Positions 9,067-19,910 of a stretch of 64,000 nt of DNA are shown in pieces. Source of the DNA: an uncultured Bacteroidota bacterium (GTDB taxonomy: Bacteria; Bacteroidota; Bacteroidia; Flavobacteriales; Flavobacteriaceae); the NCBI GenBank assembly GCA_902523665.1, contig CABZAD010000002.1, forward strand, positions 6,263 through 70,262. Reading direction: 5' to 3'. The notes beneath the pieces were generated by a model. That model did not search any database. It saw only the letters and a list, made by a program, of their open reading frames with translations, and was not told where the DNA came from. The position numbers and the translations under genes are program-made. How positions within the stretch are numbered: the stretch's first letter is position 1; each line of letters starts with the position of its first letter.

Positions 9067-9633
9067 ATGACCAATAAGCTTATTGTCTTTTCAGCCCCTT
9101 CAGGAGCAGGTAAGACTACCTTAGTAAAATATATAATTGAAACTTTTAGTAAAATCCAATTTTCAATCTCCGCAACATCAAGAATAGCTAGAGGTAAAGA
9201 AAAGAATGGTGTAGATTATTATTTTTTAAGTAATGAAGAATTTAAGGCTAAAATTGAAAATGAAGAATTTATTGAATATGAAGAAGTTTATGGAGGGAAA
9301 TACTATGGTACACTTAAATCTGAATTAGATAGGATATGGAAGACTAACAAAATAGCAATTTTTGATATTGATGTTGTTGGAGGTGCGAATATCAAAAATA
9401 TGTTTCCTGATGAAACTCTCTCAATCTTTGTTATGCCTCCAAGTATTGATATATTAAAAAATAGACTTCTTGAAAGGGGTGATGTTTCTTTAGAAGAAAT
9501 AAACTTAAGAGTTAGAAAAGCTGAAAATGAATTAGACTATGCTTCAAAATTTGATAATATTATCATTAATAAAGATCTTGAGGAATCAAAAAAAATCGCC
9601 CATACCTTAATAAAAGAATTCATTGATGAGTAA
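9067..9633 (+). CDS. gmk: Guanylate kinase
   Basis: P-loop SAPSGAGKTTL, 188 aa, guanylate-kinase fold motifs (TSRIARGKEKNGVDYYF). Confidence 0.95.
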   Translation: MTNKLIVFSAPSGAGKTTLVKYIIETFSKIQFSISATSRIARGKEKNGVDYYFLSNEEFKAKIENEEFIEYEEVYGGKYYGTLKSELDRIWKTNKIAIFDIDVVGGANIKNMFPDETLSIFVMPPSIDILKNRLLERGDVSLEEINLRVRKAENELDYASKFDNIIINKDLEESKKIAHTLIKEFIDE

Positions 9634-10198
9634 CGTAGGTCTTTACTTGGGAACTTTTAATCCTATACATAACGGTCATGTTATTTTAGCTGAATATTTT
9701 TCAAAATTATCTGAGTTAGATGAAATCCTGGTTGTTATTAGCCCGCAAAGTCCTTTCAAAAAAGAGAGTAAGTTAATTAATGATAAAGATAGGTTGAAAA
9801 TGGCTGAGACTGTATTCAAAAAGTTTGACAATGTTAAAGTTTCAGATATAGAATTTAAAATGTCTAAACCTAATTTTACAATTGATACTCTTAAGGAATT
9901 CAAAAAAAAACATAGATATAATAAGCTAATTTTATTAATAGGAGAGGATAACCTAGTAGGTTTTAATAAATGGAAAGATTATAAAAAAATTATTGAAATT
10001 GCTGAAGTTTATGTCTATCCAAGAGATACAGAACTAAAAATTCCTGATGAAATCTTATCCAATAGTAATATTAAGCTTGTTGATGCACCAAAAATAAAAA
10101 TTTCAAGTAGTCATATTCGAGAATTAATTAAGTCAAAACAAAATATTGACTCATTAGTTCCAAAAGAGGTTCTGAAATTCTTTGAATTAAACAACTAA
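9623..10198 (+). CDS. nadD: Nicotinate-nucleotide adenylyltransferase
   Basis: GTFNPIHNGH nucleotidyltransferase motif and C-terminal ISSSHIR. Overlaps gmk by 11 nt. Confidence 0.9.
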   Translation: MMSNVGLYLGTFNPIHNGHVILAEYFSKLSELDEILVVISPQSPFKKESKLINDKDRLKMAETVFKKFDNVKVSDIEFKMSKPNFTIDTLKEFKKKHRYNKLILLIGEDNLVGFNKWKDYKKIIEIAEVYVYPRDTELKIPDEILSNSNIKLVDAPKIKISSSHIRELIKSKQNIDSLVPKEVLKFFELNN

Positions 10199-11482
10199 GT
10201 TTTTTATCAAATCAATAAGGTTATCTGTTAATTTTTCTCTTGAGAATGACTCAATATCTTTTGGGATCTCCTTCTTATAATTACCCTCAAACCAATTATC
10301 ATACTCTTTTTTTATAAAATCCACTACTTTAATTACATCGTTACTATCTGCATTAAAAGATTTTTTGGAACTTTGCAGGATAAGATTTGACTCTTTTGCC
10401 AAGTTTGAAAAGTTAATAATTGGAGAACCTGAGGCAAGATATTCGATAAGTTTCCCTGAAACCATATCGGTATCTTCTGTATTCAAATAATTAAAATTTA
10501 TTAATAGGTGTGATGACTTAATAATCTTTATTGCTTTTTCATGCGTTACATAACCATTATCAATGAAGTGAATTTTTTCTGAAAAAAGACTTTTGACTTC
10601 TTTATCAATTTTACCAGCAAAAGTAAAAATCAAATTTAAATCTTGATACTTATTTTTTAATAAGCTTAATGCCTCGAAGAAAAGTTGATAATTATGATTT
10701 TTAGAAAGAATACCTGTAAATACAATATTATAACTATCAGGTTTAATTTCTTCAATTTTATCATAAGCTGTTTTATCATATCCATTGTAAATCTTGTAAA
10801 TTTTCTTTGAGTTTAATAATTTATCTTTTAAAATAGTTTGATATCTATTGCCTACAGTTGTTAGAATAGCATCTGCACTATTTAATACATCTGCCTCAAA
10901 TTTTAAATTTAATTTTTTGACGTATTTAAATTGAAATTTATTTTTTAGATAAAAAATTTCAGCCCACGGATCTCTTAGATCAACTATCCATTTTAATTTA
11001 AACTTTTTATAAATTTTTTTACCTATTAAATGAGATGAATGAGGAGGACCAGTTGTAATAACACAATTAATATTATTGTCTTCAATTATTTTTTTAGCTT
11101 TTTTAAATGCAAAATAGTTCCATCCAATTCTTGAGTCTGGAATAAAGAAATTTAATCTTATAAATAATGCTATTTTATCAAAAAAAGATTGAGTTGGAAT
11201 GTAAGACTGAGGTATTGCTTTATTTTTATTCCCAGACTTAAACATAGAATATAATTTTAAAATTTCAAAGCTAGGTGTCTTATGAACTTCAATACCCTTA
11301 ACTTGATCAGTGAGTGAATTATCAATTAAATTATATGAGGCATATTTAGAATCAACTGTAAGAACAATAGGGTTATACCCAAATTGCTTAAGATATTTTG
11401 TAAAAAACATCCATCTTTGAACTCCTGATCCCCCTGATGGTGGCCAGTAATAAGTTATTATAAGAATATTTAACTTATTCAA
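10187..11482 (-). CDS. Glycosyltransferase (GT-B, GT4-like)
   Basis: 431 aa. The N-terminus ILIITYYWPPSGGSGVQRW is typical of GT4-like enzymes, and the size fits two Rossmann domains. Confidence 0.55.
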   Translation of the reverse strand: MNKLNILIITYYWPPSGGSGVQRWMFFTKYLKQFGYNPIVLTVDSKYASYNLIDNSLTDQVKGIEVHKTPSFEILKLYSMFKSGNKNKAIPQSYIPTQSFFDKIALFIRLNFFIPDSRIGWNYFAFKKAKKIIEDNNINCVITTGPPHSSHLIGKKIYKKFKLKWIVDLRDPWAEIFYLKNKFQFKYVKKLNLKFEADVLNSADAILTTVGNRYQTILKDKLLNSKKIYKIYNGYDKTAYDKIEEIKPDSYNIVFTGILSKNHNYQLFFEALSLLKNKYQDLNLIFTFAGKIDKEVKSLFSEKIHFIDNGYVTHEKAIKIIKSSHLLINFNYLNTEDTDMVSGKLIEYLASGSPIINFSNLAKESNLILQSSKKSFNADSNDVIKVVDFIKKEYDNWFEGNYKKEIPKDIESFSREKLTDNLIDLIKNLVV

Positions 11483-11483
11483 A

Positions 11484-12362
11484 CTAATCTAATTTAAGTT
11501 GAAGCCCAACACCAAAGACTTCTCTTACCTGTAGTCTTGAAATGGCATTATCATCGTAAATTAACTGAAAAATTAGTTGAGTCGAAAGGATAGGATTCAC
11601 ATCTACATCAATTTGAGCAAGATAATCTAAATCTACATTAGAAGCATCTTCAAGATAATTAGAGAACAACTTTAAGTCCTGTTTATACTTTACATTTTCA
11701 AGCAAGTTTCCCTCCGAGTGAAAAGTTAAATTTGCTCCTAATTCATACCTGGACGATTTATTCTGTGAAACTCCAAAATAAGAATCACCACTTTTTAAAT
11801 CCTTAGTAAATTTTTTGCTGACTAAAATTAATCTTGAAGCAACAGGGGAATAGTTTATCCATAATTTTTCATCTTTTTTCCAAAGGAAACCAGAACCCAA
11901 TTGAAAGTATGCGGGGGACAAAATTCTAGTTGTTAAGTCACGTATCTCATTATTGTCTGAATCCTTGCTGTATTTATATCCATTTCCAATTTGGGAAGTG
12001 AAGTTAAAAAATGCTGAAAAAGATAAATTTTTGGTAAATTCTTTACCAATTATAGATTGTAGTAAAATTCTATCATCGATTTTTCTAGCAAACGGAGCAT
12101 TTTTATATTTGGCTAATCCATAGGCAGTCTCAAAGTTGGTTAACCAATTCCATCCTTGATCTTTGAACTCCCACTCATAGTCGAACTTTATTGTACCTGA
12201 AAAGTTGTTTGTTCCACCTCCTACCCAATCACTAAATCCAGTTTGGTTTAACAGAATAGCAACATTTCCTCTGGTTGTCCAAAGTGTATCTTTTTTAACT
12301 TCCTCTTGAGAAAAGGTATTTAGAGAAATTAACAAAAAGAAAAAAAGAAAATTTTGTTTCAT
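11484..12362 (-). CDS. Outer-membrane beta-barrel protein (DUF3078-like)
   Basis: Signal peptide (FLLISLNTFSQ), alternating aromatic/polar beta-strand pattern, C-terminal FGVGLQLKLD. The family name comes from recall only. Confidence 0.5.
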   Translation of the reverse strand: MKQNFLFFFLLISLNTFSQEEVKKDTLWTTRGNVAILLNQTGFSDWVGGGTNNFSGTIKFDYEWEFKDQGWNWLTNFETAYGLAKYKNAPFARKIDDRILLQSIIGKEFTKNLSFSAFFNFTSQIGNGYKYSKDSDNNEIRDLTTRILSPAYFQLGSGFLWKKDEKLWINYSPVASRLILVSKKFTKDLKSGDSYFGVSQNKSSRYELGANLTFHSEGNLLENVKYKQDLKLFSNYLEDASNVDLDYLAQIDVDVNPILSTQLIFQLIYDDNAISRLQVREVFGVGLQLKLD

Positions 12363-12369
12363 GAAATAA

Positions 12370-12690
12370 TTACAAAAATCCTAATTCAAGTTTTGCTTCT
12401 TCACTCATAAGGTCTTTTGTCCAAGGTGGATCAAATGTAATTTCAACCTCTGCCGTTTTGACTTCGTCAATCGATCTAATTTTCTCTTCAACTTCTTGGG
12501 GAAGAGACTCAGCAACTGGGCAATTTGGTGAAGTTAGGGTCATTAGAATCTTAACCTCATTATCCTCATTCACAAATACATCATAAATTAATCCTAATTC
12601 ATATATGTCTACAGGTATTTCAGGATCGAAGATTGATTTTAATTCTTTAACAATTTTTTCGCCTAAATCTTGTGTGTTAATTTTTGTCAT
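12370..12690 (-). CDS. SUF-associated Fe-S assembly protein (DUF59/SufT-like)
   Basis: FDPEIPVDIYELGLIYD ... MTLTSPNCPV is the DUF59 signature. Last gene of the suf string. Confidence 0.85.
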   Translation of the reverse strand: MTKINTQDLGEKIVKELKSIFDPEIPVDIYELGLIYDVFVNEDNEVKILMTLTSPNCPVAESLPQEVEEKIRSIDEVKTAEVEITFDPPWTKDLMSEEAKLELGFL

Positions 12691-12691
12691 T

Positions 12692-13114
12692 TTATTTTCT
12701 TGCTTGATATGCTAAAGCATATATCTTAATTTGTTTTATCATTGACAAGAGTCCATTTGCCCTAGTCTGCGATAGATGACTATTTAAGCCAATTTTATCA
12801 ATAAAATCTATATTAGCTGAAATAATTTCTTCTGGTGTATGACCTGAGAAGACTCTAATTAAAAGAGAAATTATACCTTTAGAAATTATCGCATCACTAT
12901 CTGCCTCAAATATAACTATGTTATTATCAAATGATGAATTAAGCCATACTTTACTCTGACAACCTTTTATAAGATTTGAATCAATTCTGTTACTGTCGTT
13001 AAATTCAGGGAGATTCTTACCAAGATCTATTAAATATTGATATTTTTCTGACCAATCCTGAAAAAAATCGAACTCATCAATAATTTGATCTTGTATTTCT
13101 TTAATACTATGCAC
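12692..13114 (-). CDS. sufE: Cysteine desulfuration protein SufE
   Basis: 140 aa with the SufE motif IKGCQSKVWL. Lies adjacent to sufS. Confidence 0.85.
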   Translation of the reverse strand: MHSIKEIQDQIIDEFDFFQDWSEKYQYLIDLGKNLPEFNDSNRIDSNLIKGCQSKVWLNSSFDNNIVIFEADSDAIISKGIISLLIRVFSGHTPEEIISANIDFIDKIGLNSHLSQTRANGLLSMIKQIKIYALAYQARK

Positions 13115-13130
13115 AGTTAAAATTAAGGAA

Positions 13131-14345
13131 TTATCCCAACATTTTTGATGCCTTTTTTACTGCATCAATAAATAAATCAATTTCACTTTTTGTATTGTAA
13201 AAAGAAAAAGAGGCCCTAACAGTTCCTGGAATATTAAAATGATCCATAATTGGTTGGGTACAATGTTGACCTGTTCTGACAGCAATTCCATATTGGTCAA
13301 GAATAGAACCAATATCTGAAGGATGGTGATTACCAATATTAAAAGAAATAACAGATATTTTATTATCTATATCTCCATATATTTTAATATTATCAATTTT
13401 TTTAAGATTTTCAGTAGCATAATCTAACAATTCTTTTTCGTAAGCTTCTATATTGTCAAAACCAATTGAGTTCATATAGTCTATAGCTGCACCAAAACCA
13501 ATAACTCCAGAGATATTTGGAGTTCCAGCCTCAAATTTATGAGGAAGGTCAGCATACTCAGTTTTCTTGAATGTAACATTGGATATCATCTCACCTCCTC
13601 CTTGATAAGGTGGAAGTGAGTTTAATAACTTTGATTTTCCATACAAAAAACCAACTCCAGTTGGACCACATAATTTGTGAGCAGATGCAACATAATAATC
13701 CACATCTAATTCCTGCAAATTAATTTTAAAATGAGCAGCCCCCTGGGCGCCATCAATTAAAACTTTACTATTATTCTTGTGAGCAAGATTAATAATTTCT
13801 TTTATTGGATTAACAATACCAAGAGTATTTGATACATGATTAATAAAGACAAATTTTACATCAGGTGTAAGTAATGATTTATATTCATCAATATTAAGAG
13901 TGCCATCATCATTAATTGGTATTACTTTTAATTTTGATCCAGTTTTTTCACATAACATTTGCCATGGGACAATATTTGAATGATGCTCCATCTCTGAGAC
14001 AATTAATTCATCTTTTGAAGAAATAATTTCTTCTAGACCTGATGAAATAATGTTAATACCATGAGTAGTTCCTGAGGTAAAAATTATTTCATGTTCATGA
14101 GCAGCACCAAAATGATTTTTTATTATTGTCCTGGAATTTTCATATTTATTTGTAGCGTCTGCACTGAGAGAATGTAACCCTCTGTGAATATTAGAGTTAT
14201 TCTCCTTGTAGTAATTTGAAATTACATCGATAACTTGATTTGGAGTTTGAGATGTAGCAGCATTATCAAAGTAAATTAGGTCAGTATTATTGACCTTTTT
14301 ACTTAGTATTGGAAAGTCATCTCTTATTTTATATACATCTAACAT
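13131..14345 (-). CDS. sufS: Cysteine desulfurase SufS (class V aminotransferase, group II)
   Basis: PLP-lysine region SAHKLCGPTG and active-site loop RTGQHCTQP. 404 aa. Confidence 0.95.
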   Translation of the reverse strand: MLDVYKIRDDFPILSKKVNNTDLIYFDNAATSQTPNQVIDVISNYYKENNSNIHRGLHSLSADATNKYENSRTIIKNHFGAAHEHEIIFTSGTTHGINIISSGLEEIISSKDELIVSEMEHHSNIVPWQMLCEKTGSKLKVIPINDDGTLNIDEYKSLLTPDVKFVFINHVSNTLGIVNPIKEIINLAHKNNSKVLIDGAQGAAHFKINLQELDVDYYVASAHKLCGPTGVGFLYGKSKLLNSLPPYQGGGEMISNVTFKKTEYADLPHKFEAGTPNISGVIGFGAAIDYMNSIGFDNIEAYEKELLDYATENLKKIDNIKIYGDIDNKISVISFNIGNHHPSDIGSILDQYGIAVRTGQHCTQPIMDHFNIPGTVRASFSFYNTKSEIDLFIDAVKKASKMLG

Positions 14346-15662
14346 TTACAAATCAAAGCCTAAGTCAACATCAAGCTTTTTTGAGATTAATGAGTTAATT
14401 CTTTTCTTTAGACTAGGAATATTAACACTTTTTAGAATACTATTTGCAAATCCATAAGTAAGCAAAGCAATTGCTTCTTTTTCTGGAATACCTCTGGATT
14501 TTAAGTAAAAAAGTGCTTCTTTGTCAAGCTGTCCAATTGTACAACCGTGCGAACACTTAACATCATCTGCAAATATTTCTAATTGAGGTTTTGCATTAAC
14601 CTTAGCTTTATTGTCAATTAAAATATTATTGTTTTGCTGAAATGCATTTGTTTTTTGTGCAATTTGGTCAACAAGTATTTTTCCATTAAAAACACCAACA
14701 GATCTTTCAGAAAAAATTCCCTTATAATCTTGATGGCTTTCACAATTTGGTTGAGCATGGTTCACAAGTGTGTTATGATCTACATGCTGATCTGCTTCAA
14801 GTATCGTGAGGCCTTTTAATGTGGATTGAATATTGTCCCCTTTATGATAAAAATTTAAATTGTTTCTGGTTAATTTTCCACCAAAAGAAAAAGTGTGAAC
14901 CCTAACATTACTATCCCTTTGTTGATCGATAAATGTATTATCAATTAAATTAGAAGTTTCTAAGTCATTCTGAATTTTATAATAATCTATAAATGAATTT
15001 TTTTCAGCATATACCTCAGTTAGTGAATTAGTAACACCGTCATGCGCTCTTAAACTTTGGTGTCTTTCTATTATTTCAACTCTGGCATTTTCTTCAACAA
15101 TTATTATGTTTCTTGGTTGAAGCCATAAAGGTTTATACTTTCCTGAAGAAAAGTGTAAAATCTGAACAGGATCCTCAGGTAAAACAGATTTTGGTATATA
15201 AATGTATGCTCCTTCCTGAGTATATGAAGTATTTAATGAAGCTAAACTCTGGTCGTCTGGAACTATTTTATTAAAATATTTATTTATTGTCTTTTTATAC
15301 TTAGTTTTTGACAAAGCAGCAGACAATACGCATATATCCATGCCATCATGCGTAGTGTTTGATAAAAATGGATTGAAAACACCATCAACAAAAACTATTT
15401 TAAATGAATCTATATCATTGATGGAATATTTTTTTATATCCTTTAGTCCAACATTTGGATTGTTTTTTACAGATAAACTATAATCTTTTTGTATGATTGA
15501 TTTTAGAGATGTATACTTCCATAGTTCATCTTTTTTTGAAGGAAATCCTTTACTTTCAAATCTCTTTAAGGCATTTTTTCTATCAGTGTGAATCGGATTA
15601 TCAAGATCTACTACTTGTTCAAAAGCAATAAAAGAATCCAACAATTTATCTTGAAAGCCCAT
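14346..15662 (-). CDS. sufD: Fe-S cluster assembly protein SufD
   Basis: 438 aa. C-terminal SufB/D beta-helix motifs (KPQLEIFADDVKCSHGCTIGQLD). Sits between sufC and sufS. Confidence 0.9.
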   Translation of the reverse strand: MGFQDKLLDSFIAFEQVVDLDNPIHTDRKNALKRFESKGFPSKKDELWKYTSLKSIIQKDYSLSVKNNPNVGLKDIKKYSINDIDSFKIVFVDGVFNPFLSNTTHDGMDICVLSAALSKTKYKKTINKYFNKIVPDDQSLASLNTSYTQEGAYIYIPKSVLPEDPVQILHFSSGKYKPLWLQPRNIIIVEENARVEIIERHQSLRAHDGVTNSLTEVYAEKNSFIDYYKIQNDLETSNLIDNTFIDQQRDSNVRVHTFSFGGKLTRNNLNFYHKGDNIQSTLKGLTILEADQHVDHNTLVNHAQPNCESHQDYKGIFSERSVGVFNGKILVDQIAQKTNAFQQNNNILIDNKAKVNAKPQLEIFADDVKCSHGCTIGQLDKEALFYLKSRGIPEKEAIALLTYGFANSILKSVNIPSLKKRINSLISKKLDVDLGFDL

Positions 15663-15664
15663 AA

Positions 15665-16411
15665 TTAATTACTTTTTTTCAACCAATCATATCCTACTAC
15701 TTCAATTTTTTTTGCAAGATCTTTATTTCCTGTTTTAACTACTTTACCGTCCATTATAACATGTACTTTATCTGGAACTATGTAGTCTAAAAGCCTTTGA
15801 TAATGAGTAATGACAAGTACAGCGTTATCATCATTACTACACTTAACAACACCATTTGCTACTATTTTTAAAGCATCTATATCTAATCCTGAATCAGTTT
15901 CATCAAGGACTGCCAATTGGGGTTCCATCATTGCCATTTGAAAGATTTCATTTCTTTTTTTTTCTCCTCCAGAAAAGCCTTCATTTAATGACCTTGATAA
16001 AAAATTTGAATCCATATCAAGTAGATTTGCTTTCTCTCTAATTTTTTTTAACATCTCACTAGATGACATATCATCAAGCCCTTGAGATTTTCTAGTTTCA
16101 TTAATAGCTGTCTTAATAAAGTTTGTTACTGTTACACCCGGAATTTCAACGGGGTACTGAAATGACATAAAAATACCTTCATGGGCTCTTTCGTCAACAC
16201 CAAGATCATTAATATCTTTATTATCAAAATAAATTGTACCTTTTGTAACCTCATAATCTTCATGTCCTGAAATAATATTTGCAAGAGTACTTTTACCAGA
16301 GCCATTGGGGCCCATAATGGCATGAATTTCACCTTTCTTGATTTTTAAGTTTACTCCTTTTAGAATTGACTTTCCGTCTATCTTACAATGTAAATTATCT
16401 ATTTCTAACAT
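15665..16411 (-). CDS. sufC: Fe-S cluster assembly ATPase SufC
   Basis: Walker A GPNGSGKST, ABC signature FSGGEKKRNE, Walker B AVLDETDSGLD. Confidence 0.95.
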   Translation of the reverse strand: MLEIDNLHCKIDGKSILKGVNLKIKKGEIHAIMGPNGSGKSTLANIISGHEDYEVTKGTIYFDNKDINDLGVDERAHEGIFMSFQYPVEIPGVTVTNFIKTAINETRKSQGLDDMSSSEMLKKIREKANLLDMDSNFLSRSLNEGFSGGEKKRNEIFQMAMMEPQLAVLDETDSGLDIDALKIVANGVVKCSNDDNAVLVITHYQRLLDYIVPDKVHVIMDGKVVKTGNKDLAKKIEVVGYDWLKKSN

Positions 16412-16419
16412 ATAATTTT

Positions 16420-17865
16420 TTAACCAACCGATCCCTCAAGTGATATTTCTAATAATTTTTGAGCCTCTACAGCAAATTCCATAGGAAGCTTGTTCAATAC
16501 TTCTTTACTAAATCCATTGACAATTAGAGCTATAGCTTTCTCTGTATCAATACCCCTTTGATTACAATAAAAAATCTGATCCTCACCAATTTTACTAGTA
16601 GAGGCCTCATGCTCAATCTGCGCCGATTTATTTTGAGCCTCAATGTAAGGGAATGTATGAGCACCACATTCGTTACCCATCAATAGGGAATCACATTGAG
16701 AAAAGTTTCTGGCATTTTCTGCCATAGGTGATATTTTTACTAGTCCTCGGTAGCTATTTTGAGATTTTCCAGCAGAAACCCCTTTTGATATAATTGTACT
16801 TTTAGTATTCTTGCCAATATGTATCATTTTGGTTCCAGTATCAGCCTGTTGAAAATTATTTGTAACAGCAATAGAATAAAATTCACCAATCGAATCATTT
16901 CCTTTAAGAACACATGACGGGTATTTCCATGTTACAGCTGAGCCAGTTTCTACTTGAGTCCAAGAAATTTTTGATCTATTGTGGCAGATACCTCTTTTTG
17001 TTACAAAATTAAACACTCCACCATTTCCATCTTTATCACCTGGAAACCAATTTTGAACAGTTGAGTACTTTATCTCGGCATCATCTAAGGCTATTAGTTC
17101 TACAACTGCAGCATGAAGTTGATTTTCATCTCTTGAAGGGGCTGTACATCCTTCAAGGTAACTTACATAACTTGATTCATCAGCGATTAACAAAGTTCTT
17201 TCGAATTGTCCTGTTCCAGCTTGATTTATTCTAAAATAAGTAGATAATTCCATTGGACACTTAACTCCTTTTGGTATGTAACAAAATGATCCGTCAGAAA
17301 AAACAGCTGAATTAAGTGCTGCAAAATAATTATCTCTTTTTGGAATGACAGTACCTATATACTTTCTGACAAGTTTAGGGTGGTTCTTTATGGCATCTGA
17401 AATTGAGCAAAAAATTATTCCTTTTTCTTCTAAGGTGTCTTTAAAAGAAGTGGCAACTGAGACAGAGTCAACAACAACATCCATTGCAACTCCACTTAAT
17501 CTTTTTTGTTCGTCAATTGAAATACCAAGCTTATTAAATGTCTTTAAAAGCTCTGGGTCTACTTCATCTAAAGATTTAAGATCTGGTTTTTTCTTTGGAG
17601 CGGAATAATAAGAAATTCCTTGATAATCAGGCTCTTTGTATTTGAGGTTCGACCAAGAAGGCTTTTCCATACCTTTCCATATTTTAAATGCATCCAGCCT
17701 CCATTCTGTCATCCATTTTGGTTCATTTTTTTTCTTTGAAATAGCAACAACAATTTCTTCACTAAGTCCAACAGGAAAGGTTTCAGAATCTATGTCTGTG
17801 TAGAAACCATATTCATATTCTTTCGTTTCAAGTTGTTTCTTTAATTCTTCTTCAGTGTAAGCCAT
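16420..17865 (-). CDS. sufB: Fe-S cluster assembly scaffold SufB
   Basis: 481 aa with highly conserved SufB stretches ([26 protein letters not shown]-terminus). Confidence 0.95.
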   Translation of the reverse strand: MAYTEEELKKQLETKEYEYGFYTDIDSETFPVGLSEEIVVAISKKKNEPKWMTEWRLDAFKIWKGMEKPSWSNLKYKEPDYQGISYYSAPKKKPDLKSLDEVDPELLKTFNKLGISIDEQKRLSGVAMDVVVDSVSVATSFKDTLEEKGIIFCSISDAIKNHPKLVRKYIGTVIPKRDNYFAALNSAVFSDGSFCYIPKGVKCPMELSTYFRINQAGTGQFERTLLIADESSYVSYLEGCTAPSRDENQLHAAVVELIALDDAEIKYSTVQNWFPGDKDGNGGVFNFVTKRGICHNRSKISWTQVETGSAVTWKYPSCVLKGNDSIGEFYSIAVTNNFQQADTGTKMIHIGKNTKSTIISKGVSAGKSQNSYRGLVKISPMAENARNFSQCDSLLMGNECGAHTFPYIEAQNKSAQIEHEASTSKIGEDQIFYCNQRGIDTEKAIALIVNGFSKEVLNKLPMEFAVEAQKLLEISLEGSVG

Positions 17866-17885
17866 ATGTGTCCATTAAACATTAG

Positions 17886-17893
17886 CAAATATA
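17886..17893 (-). promoter_or_regulatory. Candidate -7 promoter box (TATATTTG) for the suf operon
   Basis: Exact TAnnTTTG on the minus strand, 20 nt upstream of the sufB ATG. Confidence 0.35.
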
Positions 17894-17997
17894 CAATTAA
17901 ATCAAGGTTTTTTAAATATTTTTAAGTGTTAATAAATCTATAATTATCTTAGAAATTATAACCATATTTAACAGATCATTTAGCTTAAATTTGAAAA

Positions 17998-19050
17998 ATG
18001 GATGATACAAATAATCACGGGGAAAATGACCTATCTAAAATTAGCGAAGTTGAACTAATAAAAAAGATTACTAAATCTTTTAAGAATAGTAATAAATCAA
18101 CAATTATTGATATTGGGGATGATGCTGCATTATTAAAGTTTGATAAAACTAATGTAACAATCTCACAAGATATATTAGTGGAAGGTGTACATTTTGACTT
18201 ATCCTACATGCCTCTTAAACATTTAGGTTACAAAAGTGTTATTGTTAATATATCAGATATTATATCAATGAACGTAAAACCTTCTCACATTTTGGTATCA
18301 ATTGCAGTTTCAAATAGATTTAAGATTAACGCTCTTGAAGAATTGTATGAAGGAATTAATTTAGCTTGTAAAAATTATAACATAGATTTAATAGGAGGAG
18401 ATACCACATCATCAAACAAGGGTTTAATGATTTCGGTAACATGTATAGGTAATACAACAACTAGAAAAATTATTAAAAGAGGCGGTGCCAAAGTTGATGA
18501 TTTATTAGTCGTATCGGGTGACTTAGGCGCTGCATACATGGGTCTCCAAGTTTTAGAAAGAGAAAAGAATGTTTTTGAAGTTAACCCAAATTCTCAACCT
18601 GATCTTAGTCAATACACATACTGTATACAAAGACAATTAAAGCCTGAGGCTAGAATAGATGTTATTGATTATCTAGAAGAGTTAAAAATTATTCCAACTT
18701 CAATGATAGATATTAGTGATGGCTTATCTACAGAAATTAATCATTTATCTTCAGCTTCAGGATTGTCATTTCATATTGTTGAGGACCAGATTCCAATATC
18801 TGAAAATACAAAAAGTACATGTGAAGAATTTAAAATTGATAACTCTGTAGCCTCCCTTAGCGGTGGTGAAGATTATGAGCTTTTATTTACTACTACGAAA
18901 AAAAATCTAAAAAAAATTCAACAATCTGATTACCTCTCAGTTATTGGGACTTGTGTAAATAAAAAGAATGATAATTGTATGATTACAAGTTTGGGTCAGA
19001 AAATTAATATTAATAGTTCTGGTTGGGATTCTTTTAGTAGTAATAATTAA
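17998..19050 (+). CDS. thiL: Thiamine-monophosphate kinase
   Basis: AIR-synthase-like fold motifs IGDDAALL, GVHF, GGDT, SGGEDYELLFT. Confidence 0.85.
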   Translation: MDDTNNHGENDLSKISEVELIKKITKSFKNSNKSTIIDIGDDAALLKFDKTNVTISQDILVEGVHFDLSYMPLKHLGYKSVIVNISDIISMNVKPSHILVSIAVSNRFKINALEELYEGINLACKNYNIDLIGGDTTSSNKGLMISVTCIGNTTTRKIIKRGGAKVDDLLVVSGDLGAAYMGLQVLEREKNVFEVNPNSQPDLSQYTYCIQRQLKPEARIDVIDYLEELKIIPTSMIDISDGLSTEINHLSSASGLSFHIVEDQIPISENTKSTCEEFKIDNSVASLSGGEDYELLFTTTKKNLKKIQQSDYLSVIGTCVNKKNDNCMITSLGQKININSSGWDSFSSNN

Positions 19051-19862
19051 CCAAGAGCTACATCAAGTGTCATCATTATTATAAAGCCACCTATGAATCC
19101 AAGAGTTGCAATATCAGTATATTTATCTAATTGAGTCTCTGGGATAACTTCTTCTACTACTACAAATATCATCGCTCCAGCAGCAAAGGCTAAGGCATAT
19201 GGAAGTATAGGCGTGAAGAAGGTAACGGCAAGTGCACCTATAACACCTGCAACTGGTTCAACTATTGCAGATAGCTGTCCATACCAAAAACTTTTTCGCT
19301 TACTCAATCCTGACCTTCTAAGTGGCATTGCAACAGCAATACCTTCTGGAAAATTTTGAAGACCAATACCAAATGCTAATACTACTGCTCCTGCAATTGA
19401 TGATTCAGGGATTCCAGCTGCAGCTCCTCCAAATAAAATTCCCACTGCAAGACCTTCTGGAATATTATGCAGTGTTACAGCAAGTGTAAGAAGAGTTGTA
19501 CGCCTCCATGGTGTCTTTATCCCTTCTGGTTCTTTAAAATTTATATGAATATGGGGAAGAATTTTATCAACTCCAAATATAAATAATGCACCTAATCCAA
19601 AACCAATAGCTGCAGGCATAACTTTAATAAACCCTTGACCAGCACTCATTTCAATTGCAGGAAATAATAGGCTCCAAAAGCTAGCTGCAACCATAACACC
19701 TCCTGTAAATCCAAGCATACCATCCAAAGCCATCCTACTCATTGTATTGAATAGGAAAACAGTTGAAGCTCCTATAGCAGTAACTCCCCAGGTAAAAAGT
19801 GTCGCATATAAAGCTCCAATAACAGGGTTTAAACTTGAAAAGTATTCAATTATTTGGTCCAT
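19047..19862 (-). CDS. ZIP-family divalent metal transporter (ZupT/GufA-like)
   Basis: 271 aa and about 8 TM segments, with ZIP motifs HNIPEGLAVG and QNFPEGIAVA. Confidence 0.85.
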   Translation of the reverse strand: MDQIIEYFSSLNPVIGALYATLFTWGVTAIGASTVFLFNTMSRMALDGMLGFTGGVMVAASFWSLLFPAIEMSAGQGFIKVMPAAIGFGLGALFIFGVDKILPHIHINFKEPEGIKTPWRRTTLLTLAVTLHNIPEGLAVGILFGGAAAGIPESSIAGAVVLAFGIGLQNFPEGIAVAMPLRRSGLSKRKSFWYGQLSAIVEPVAGVIGALAVTFFTPILPYALAFAAGAMIFVVVEEVIPETQLDKYTDIATLGFIGGFIIMMTLDVALG

Positions 19863-19888
19863 CTTTGTATATTAGAAATCAATTCTGC

Positions 19889-19896
19889 AAAACTAT
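19889..19896 (-). promoter_or_regulatory. Candidate -7 promoter box (TAGTTTTG) for the ZIP transporter gene
   Basis: Exact TAnnTTTG on the minus strand, 26 nt upstream of the ATG at 19862. Confidence 0.3.
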
Positions 19897-19910
19897 AAAA
19901 TTTAAACAGC

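Noticed and set aside
8990-9070. 26-codon upstream ORF whose TGA overlaps the gmk ATG (ATGA).
   Set aside because: It could be a coupling leader peptide, but it has no conservation evidence and this length arises easily by chance. It cannot be supported from sequence alone.
17986-17993. TAAATTTG box upstream of thiL.
   Set aside because: It lies only 4 nt from the ATG, so a functional -7 box would require a leaderless or internally initiated mRNA. It is treated as a chance match.
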